Shown: positions 25,001 to 33,995 of the stretch, piece by piece
How positions within the stretch are numbered: the stretch's first letter is position 1
Layout of the letters: each line of letters starts with the position of its first letter
From: Octopus vulgaris
Lineage: Eukaryota
Direction of reading: 5' to 3'
Assembly (NCBI GenBank): GCA_951406725.2
Contig: OX597821.1
Span: 118,792,001 to 118,856,000, forward strand
Length of the DNA: 64,000 bases
Notes under the pieces: model-generated
Database searches by the model: none
Seen by the model: only the letters and a program-made list of their open reading frames with translations
What the model was told of the DNA's origin: nothing
Position numbers and translations under genes: made by a program

Positions 25001-28000
25001 GATCGCTGCAGTAGAAGTTTAAAAGTCTCTGGCTGTCCATTTATACATGCCTGATGTAAAGCTGTGTTGCCGTATTTATTTACCATACGGACGTCAATGT
25101 CAGACTTCTTCAACAGATGTTTAACGATTTCTGTGTGACCATCAGCACTGGCCAGATGTAATGGCGTTTCACCATCATTATTCGCCGCATTTACGTTAAT
25201 GCTAGACTGCTTCAGTAGATGTTCAACAACCTGTAGGTGTCCCTTCATAGAGGCGAGATGTAGTGGTGTGTTCCGATCATTATCCTCAGCATTTACATCA
25301 ACATCAGACTGCTTCAGTAGATGTTCAACAGTCGCTAGGTGTCCACGAGCGGAAGCCAGAGATAGAGGTGTGTCACCGTCCTTATTCCTTACGCTGACGA
25401 CCATTCCAGATCGCTGCAGTAGAAGTTTAAAAGTCTCTGGCTGTCCATTTATACATGCCCGATGTAATGCTGTGTTGCCGTATTTATTTACCATACGGAC
25501 GTCAATGTCAGACTTCTTCAACAGATGTTTAACAACCTCTGTGTGTCCATCAGCACTGGCCAGTTGTAATGGCGTTTCACGATTATTATTCGCCGCATTT
25601 ACGTTAATGCTAGACTGCTTCAGTAGATGTTCAACAGTCGCTAGATGTCCCTTCATAGAGGCGAGATGTAGTGGTGTGTCCCGATCATTATCCACAGCAT
25701 TTACATCAACATCAGACTGCTTCAGTAGATGTTCAACAGTCGCTAGGTGCCCCTTCATAGAGGCGAAGTGTAGTGGTGTGTTCCGATCATTATCCTCAGC
25801 ATTTACATCAACATCAGACTGCTTCAGTAGATGTTCAACAACCTCTAGGTGTCCACGAGCGGAAGCCAGAGATAGAGGTGTGTCACCGTGGTTATTCTTT
25901 ACGCTTACGAACATTCCAGATCGCTGCAGTAGAAGTTTAAATGTCTCTGGCTCTCCATTTATACATGCCCGATGTAATGCTGTGTTGCCGTATTTATTTA
26001 CCATACGGACGTCAATGTCAGACTTCTTCAACAGATATTTAACGATTTCTGTGTGACCACCAACACTAGCCAGATGTAATGGCGTTTCACGATCATTATT
26101 TGGCGCATTTACGTTAATGCTAGACTGCTTCAGTAGATGTTCAACAACTTGTAGGTGTCCCTTCATAGAGGCGAGATGTAGTGGTGTGTTCCGATCATTA
26201 TCCTCAGCATTTACATCAATATCAGACTGCTTCAGTAGATGTTCAACAGTCGCTAGGTGTCCACGAGCGGAAGCCAGAGATAGAGGTGTGTTACCGTCCT
26301 TATTCTTTACGCTGACGACCATTCCAGATCGCTGCAGTAGAAGTTTAAAAGTCTCTGGCTGTCCATTTATACATGCCCGGTGTAATGCTGTGTTGCCGTA
26401 TTTAGTTACCATACGGACGTCAATGTCAGACTTCTTCAACAGATATTTAACGATTTCTGTGTGACCACCAGCACTAGCCAGATGTAATGGTGTTTCACGA
26501 TTATTATTTGGCGCATTTACGTTAATGCTAGACTTCTTCAGTAGATGTCCAACAACCTCTGTGTGTCCACGAGCACAGGCCAGGTGGAGTGGTGTATCAC
26601 CATCGTTATTTTGATGATTTACCTGAAAAATCAATAAAAAACACTAAAAATAGTGGCTAGAAGGGGACGGGTAGAACCCTTAACGCATATTCAGAAACAG
26701 AATGTAAGGAATAAGGTGGAATGATGATGGCCGGCCTTGAGTAAGTAAATGAACTTTGTATTGAGTTTATATTGTACTTACACACACACACACACATACG
26801 CACACACACACACACACACACATACATACACACACACACATTCTCTTATTTTCAATTTTGTAGCAAGCAATTATGTCTAGATTATGGGAAAGAAAATGAA
26901 GAGAGTGTGTTCTGGGGATTGATCTAAAACTCATCAAATATTTTTAAAATTTTATTCTATCAATATAATTATCATCTACACCCTCAAAAATGAAGAATTT
27001 TCCTTAAAGAATATGAATCATTGGAAAGTTGTGAGGAAACAAAATCTTGGGGCATTAAACTATAAATAGATTAACATGCTGTTTATTTTCGTAATATAGT
27101 GTAAGTTGTCTTTAAAATTATGAAAGTACATTTCAATAGAAACTCGAAGTAACGACAGTGACATCTTGTAATGTCCTGTAAATGGCGTATGTGACTTACA
27201 AACGTATCCAATACATAAACAGGCAGAAATTTAGTGTAACATAAAAGTCGTACGTATAATTTATATAGGATGAAAAGGGTCACATTAAGGAGAAAACATG
27301 ACAGTCATGGATGACCGAAATGAGATTTGTGAATAGTTTTTCACAATCTCCAAATTTGTTTCGCTCCACACGGCCATGAAGACACGATGTAAATAAAACA
27401 TTATTAATCCCGTTCTGTTACATAATTTTCTTTTTGCCGAACATCGATCGCCCTTCTTTAATTTGTGTCCAGATGCTGTCAGTGTTTGGATACAGAAATC
27501 TTAGACAATGGTTGACAACTTCATGAGTAGACAACTTGCCGGGACCCACATAAAAAAGCCTATCCATTTGTTATGTGAAGGAATGAAGGGTGACATCCAA
27601 AGCGAGGAGGGACGAGGGATGAAATTCTAATGTTTCACACTGATCAATTCCGGTTTCTATAGCAACATATTTTAATTCTTTGACGGACAATTTGTTTTAT
27701 GTAGGATGTCATCGCTACCTAATATCATGGAGAGTCCTAGAAAATTCAGACCCCTACATACACAGGGGCAAGTGTTGTAGACTGTGCATAGCCAAACGGG
27801 CGAGGATATTAAAGGACTCCGTCGACCTGGGGACACCCTTAACTCCAGAATAGAAGACTTCTCACCCAGTTGGCACTTCAGGAGATTCCTGCTGGCACCG
27901 TGGGATCCATAAGAAAACAGAGTCGATTACGAATAACAACCAAAGGAAGACAATTCCTGTTGCTGACGTAGGGTAACGATGCCCTTTTCTTCTCCATTTT

Positions 28001-29434
28001 CTAAGGTGAACACATACTACAGGGGCCTTGTGCCAACAAGCTTCGAGGTTTGATGATACGCTGTCAAGCTAAACGCTTTATGGACGTGAAACCCAGGGTA
28101 ATCTCATAGACCGGCCTTATATATCTTTATATACATATGTGTGTGTGTGCTTATTTCGCTTTTTGGATTTGGTTTGCAAGGTTCTTTATGTGAGTTAGTG
28201 TGTTGAAGCATATTTTGTTGTGTCTGGAGAGAGATTCATTCTCTTTTCGTCCTTTATTATTTAATCCCTTCACCGATTAGGTTTCCACTCATTCACTTAT
28301 CTACTTTTAAAAAGATTTTCGTTGCGTCTTGTAAATTTTCAGTAGTCGTTGACACAGTTATCCGAGCTGCGCTCTTTTTGCATGTTTAGGTGCATATGTG
28401 TAGGTCAGTGTGCGTGCGCATACACATATTATGTATGTGTGTATGTATGTAAGTATGCATGTATGTGTGCGTATGCATATATGTATGTATGTGTGCATGT
28501 TTGTATCTATGTATTCTGCATGTTCATGTGTTTGTGTGTTCGTGTTGTTGGTGTTTGTGTGCTTGCATGTGTATGTGTGTGTGTGTGTGTATGTGTGTAC
28601 CTCTGTCTCATTGTGTGTGCATGTCTGTGTGTGTTTGTGTTTGGGTTTTTGTGGCTATGTACTGCATCTGTTATGTATGGATGTGTGCATCCATGTGTGT
28701 CCTTGTGTGAAGTGAAGTATGTGTGTGTATGGTCACGTGTTTCAGTCTTTATATTTGCGTACGTATGTGTATACGCGTGCTTGACTGTTCATATTATAGC
28801 CAGATAGGTACATAGGTAATATGAACAGACACACACACATGCACACATACATACGCAAATGAAGACTGAAACACGTGACCATATACACACACACACACAC
28901 ACTTCACTTCACACAAGGACACACATGGAGGCACACATCCATACATAACAGACGCAGTACATAGTCACACAAACCCATACACAGACACACTCAAACATGC
29001 ACACACAAGGAAACGGAGGTACACACACACACACACTCCCACACATATACACACGCACACACAAACACATGACTGGGCAGAATACGTACATACAAGCGTA
29101 CATATATATATATATATATACATATATGCGTATACACACATGATGTATACAAACACATACATGCATACATATATATAGCGGCGTACGTACACTGTTCTCT
29201 TATATGTAAGTATATATACGTACATATGTACATGCGTATGCAGAGTGGCCCCCACACATGGACATAAACAAATAAAAAGGACACGGCTCGGATAACGGGC
29301 AGAGTTAACGCCTATTGAGAAGGTTGCAAGACAACGAACATTTTAGAAAAAAAATAAAGAAGTGAATGAGTCGAAACTTAACCGGTGAGTGTGTTAAATA
29401 ATAAGGCACTAAAAGAGAATGACTCTCCCCCGAC

Positions 29435-29529
<95 letters not shown>

Positions 29530-32500
29530 TGTATCCATACATATGGCCATAATAAGTCTAAGACTGATGATGACAGTTCTAGTCCTTCATTAATTCATTT
29601 TTGACAAAACTGTATAAAATTATTTTACTTTTTGCAGTTTATGTAGAATTGTTTTCCCTTTCGAATGATATAGGCGTTATATATCTTTCTACTATTTGAA
29701 TAATTTTAATGTGCAATAAATTCAAATGATTAAAAATTGTCGACAAAAAGAATTCAAGACCTTTTGTGTAATAATCAAGCATTGTTACAGAAGCATCTTT
29801 CGTTATCAGAAAGCCATTGTAGTATCAACCCAGTCACTCGGTGAAAGATCGTGTTGCTTCAGCGGCAAAATGTGTCCTTCATGAATATTAGCAAGCAATC
29901 AGCATGCAGCAAAAGAGGCTTGCGTTCAAGCATGGAAGCTTTACCAAGTCAATAGCCAATACAAATTTCAGCAAAGAACGGGTGCTCCGAGACAAACAAC
30001 AGTACAGGCAGATCAGAGAATTCATAGGATCTCTGTAGGTAACCGAACGCTAACAACAGTGGACAGTTATCTGATGAGAGTGACATCAGCTATACACCAG
30101 AAACTGTCAGAAACCACCTGAAAGAATTTGGACTGTTCGGCCGGATCTCTCGAAAGAAGCTGGTAATTTCTGAGACAAACTGCTAGAAGTGGATCAACTT
30201 TGCTAAAAGCTATATTGAACAGACGGCCGAAGACTGGTCAAAAGTTCTTGATAGCGGCAAGCCTTGCTTCTGCATCTTTGGATCGGATGGAAAAACTTAT
30301 ATTAGATTCCGTCCAACTGAAGAATTCTGTGTGTCGAGAAAATGAGGCAAGCGGGTGGTTAGTTGGAGTGAGGTGGGGGTCAATTGTGTGGGTCGCATTC
30401 AGCAGCTTAGGTGTTGGTCCAGTTGTTGATGGCAGACTGAACAGTGTCAGCTGTCTGCAATTAGTAAATGAAAATGTGCTGCCATATTTAAATAGTCAAA
30501 TGCTACTGGGATCTATTTTGCAGCAGTACAATTGCCCCGTTCTTAATGCTAGGAAGGTTTTGCAATATTTTGAGCGCAATAATATGGAGGTTGTTGAGTG
30601 GCCTCCGCAGGGTCCAGATTTGTATCCAATAGAAAGTTTGCGGAATTATGATTCTAAAAGAGTTCATGCTAAAAAAAACCACCAAATGTGTCCCTGTTAT
30701 GTAATTTTATTGAAGGAATTATGGCAGAATATTCTCAGTGATTTTTATCCTCATTTGTCGAACTCCATGGCCCACCATTTTAAGGTCATAAAAGAGAATA
30801 ATGGTTATGGAACTAAATACTGATAATAAATTTTTGTTGATCATTTGTGCCGTAAATTTTCAGTTTAAATAAAATAATGTTGGTACAGTCTTAAACTTAT
30901 TTTGCTGACAATTTTTTATCATTTGAATTAATTGCTCATTAAATTTATTCAAAGTGTAGAAAGATATATAATGCCTCTATCATTAGGAAGAGATAAAAAT
31001 TCTATATACACTGTAAAAAAGTAAAATAATTTTATACAGTTTTAATTAAAATAAATTAATGAAGGAATAGAGCTGTCATCATATATATATATATCTAAAT
31101 GGCGGTGCCCCAGCATGGCCACAGCTTGTGAGCTGAAACTAAATGAAATAAATAAAAAAAAAATATATATATATATATAAAGGTAAATTTCTTAATTTGG
31201 TTAATAGAGATATATGATCCTAGCAGGTACCGTATTTGCTTTTCCTGGTTAATATTGGTGGCTAACCTCAGTGAGTGTAGATAAACTCCAGTGAGTTTAT
31301 TTAACTATTCCCTGATGACCTTCCCATCGGTAAATCCATATGTCTCTAGGTTGGTGGTAGAGAAGAAATACTGAACGAATAACGAAGGAGAAACGAGATT
31401 TATACATCCAGGTTTTATTTTGCAGTTAATCACATCTTTCCATGTTTGTACCTACATATGTTTCTGCTGCAAGTCAGTGCACACTGCAAGTTTTGCATCT
31501 TGCTGTGCAGGTTAGTGTTGATTACGGATGCTGCTTCTTTAGGGTACCATGAACTGCATTTCAGATTCCATCGGAACTAAATACAAGTCCAACCAAAATT
31601 GTTTATACATGTAGTGTTAGTATTCTAAAAAATAGCCTAAATTTTGAACTTTCCAACTCTACATACATAGACACATGCATATACACTCACTGACCTGTAA
31701 CATGTTGTTTGCTGAGCCATTTAACAGAAATTCAACTACATCTCTACAGTTCTTCTCCACAGCTGTATGGAGTGGTGTGTTGCCTTGTAAGTCCTGCTTG
31801 TTAATATTGATTCCCTTGGAAACCAGAAGGGCCACAGCATCACGCTTATTGCTGAAAGTAAGAAATATAAACATCACAGACATTGACATAAGAATTACAT
31901 TGAATCTACACGCATGTTCAGTACATAAAAATTAAACATACAGAAGTGTAAGTAATGTATAACACCACCCCAATATTTTCTGATTTATAAGGTACACCCG
32001 GAAGTCAACCTTTGCATTATATGGGTAGACTTCAGCATGTTCTGGAAGCAAAAGAACAGGAAGGGTGGCTAGGTTGATGGGGTGTAAGGAGAGATTGCAA
32101 GGGTGTACGGAGAAAGTAAGGGGAAGTTAGAAATGGAACAGGGGTGCGAATATGCAGAATGAGGAACAAGGGTTTATGGAGGAGATATCCAGTGGAAGTT
32201 GAGGGTGAGTATATAATGACTAGAGACTGAGAGTAGATGATGAGTAAAGATTGGAAAATGATAGTATAGAAATGAATGTTGTGGATGGTAGAGGATTGAT
32301 CAATGACTCATATGAGTTGGGGAAGGTCAGGGGGGTTAGGTGCTGATTGGCAGAATAGGAGGGTGAAGAGCAACAGGATAATAGAAATACTGTAGACAGG
32401 AGAAGGATGAGATAAAGGGAGATGATGTGTGTATGTGGTGGGTGTAGGCTACAAGAGTGTGAGTGGAGAGAAATACTGGGAGGAAGAGTGAGAGATATAT

Positions 32501-33944
32501 GTTAATAAGAAAAAGTCAACAAGAAGAGATTTAGTGGAAAGGAGAAAGGGAGTTAATTTCGTAGCATATAAGGGAGAAGGGTGATCAATGCAAAATGTGA
32601 GTGGAGAGGGACAATGTTAAAAATGAAAGATGGATGTTAAGTGAAGTGGTTCTGGCAGGTGAGAAAGATAACTGCTTTCACAGAAAAGATGATAAAATGT
32701 GTAGTTCTCTCCTCATTCAACTACAGCATTAGAATAATGTACTTAGATATATGATAGATAATGAGGGGCTGGAGAAGAAGTTTTGATGAGAAAATTAAAT
32801 AAACGGCCTAATTGTGTATATAAATATTGTATTTCTGAAATTCAGTTTTGCTGAGATGGTTTGGTTTCCTTGAGCATAACATGTTACCAATCAATCCATC
32901 TTCAACCCTAGCTTCATTCCGTTCCAGTCTTCGTATGTCCTCTGCCCGAGGTTCGTGTCTCACTACCATACACCATTGCCGTTTGAACACAAATATCATA
33001 CATTCTACCTTTTTCTCTAAGAGGGAAATTTCTTTCTAAATACACAGTTAGAAACTCTCTGAACTTTCTCCGTCCTATTCTTATTCCGTCAACTCTGACA
33101 ATTTTGTGTGACTGTTCTTTTCAATTTGATACAAGTCTTTATTCTTCAGTTGTCCATTCTTACTCTGTGTTGACTGTTTTTTTCTGACAGTTTATTTCTT
33201 TGAAATTTCTGTCTTCCGATGAAGTGGTAAAAAGTTGCCACAAAAACAATTGTAAAGAATGAAATTTGGAATAAATACTTCTCACTCTTATTACAAAATA
33301 TGGATTTGTATTCTATGGATATTGCAAGCAACGAACATAGATATTGGAATTGTCTTCATAGCTACATTTCTGGGATTGTAACAGACTTTACTGTGTGCAT
33401 GTATGTGTGTGTCTGTGTGTCCAAAGTATCTCCAAAGCAACATAATTTTGGAAAGATCTATTTTGACAACAGATCACCAAAATTGTTTTTTATGATTCAA
33501 AACTAAATCATGGAGAAAATAAGAAAACGATGTTGTTGGATATTACTACCATATTGTCATCGTGTCACACTGCCATTACTATGGCATATTTGGACATTTG
33601 ACCTGTTTGGAATTGGAAGAAATTTAGAAACACAACAAATCTGGAGATTTTAGTCAATTCTGAACTTACCACTCCACAGCATGATCAAGAGCTGTTTTGC
33701 CATCTCCACCCTTCATATCCAAATCAGCTCCAGCCTCGATTAAGAAATTTATAAGATCTGTTTTGCCCACTTGGCAAGCTGCCATCAGATATGTCACACC
33801 TTGTGAACTTATTTCGTTAATCTGAAGTGAAGAAAGCGAAGGCATGTAAAATATATTAAAGAGAGAAGAAGAGAGAGTACGGAAGAAGATGCTTGGGTGA
33901 GGATATAGGGATATGAAAGAGAAAGAAAGATGAAGAAGAAAGAT

Positions 33945-33995
<51 letters not shown>

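Noticed and set aside
23567-26464. Long plus-strand ORFs ([10 protein letters not shown]...) up to 285 aa
   Set aside because: They are the antisense shadow of the ankyrin array: same periodicity, interrupted by stops, no independent domain signal.
23408-26622. CRISPR-like or diversity-generating-retroelement reading of the regular repeats plus nearby RT fragments
   Set aside because: The repeats are contiguous coding units without spacers. The RT pieces are dead eukaryotic LINE relics, and no template/variable repeat pair with adenine-specific changes was seen.
31305-31385. ctgatga...gaaa hammerhead-like spacing
   Set aside because: Stems I-III cannot be paired convincingly.
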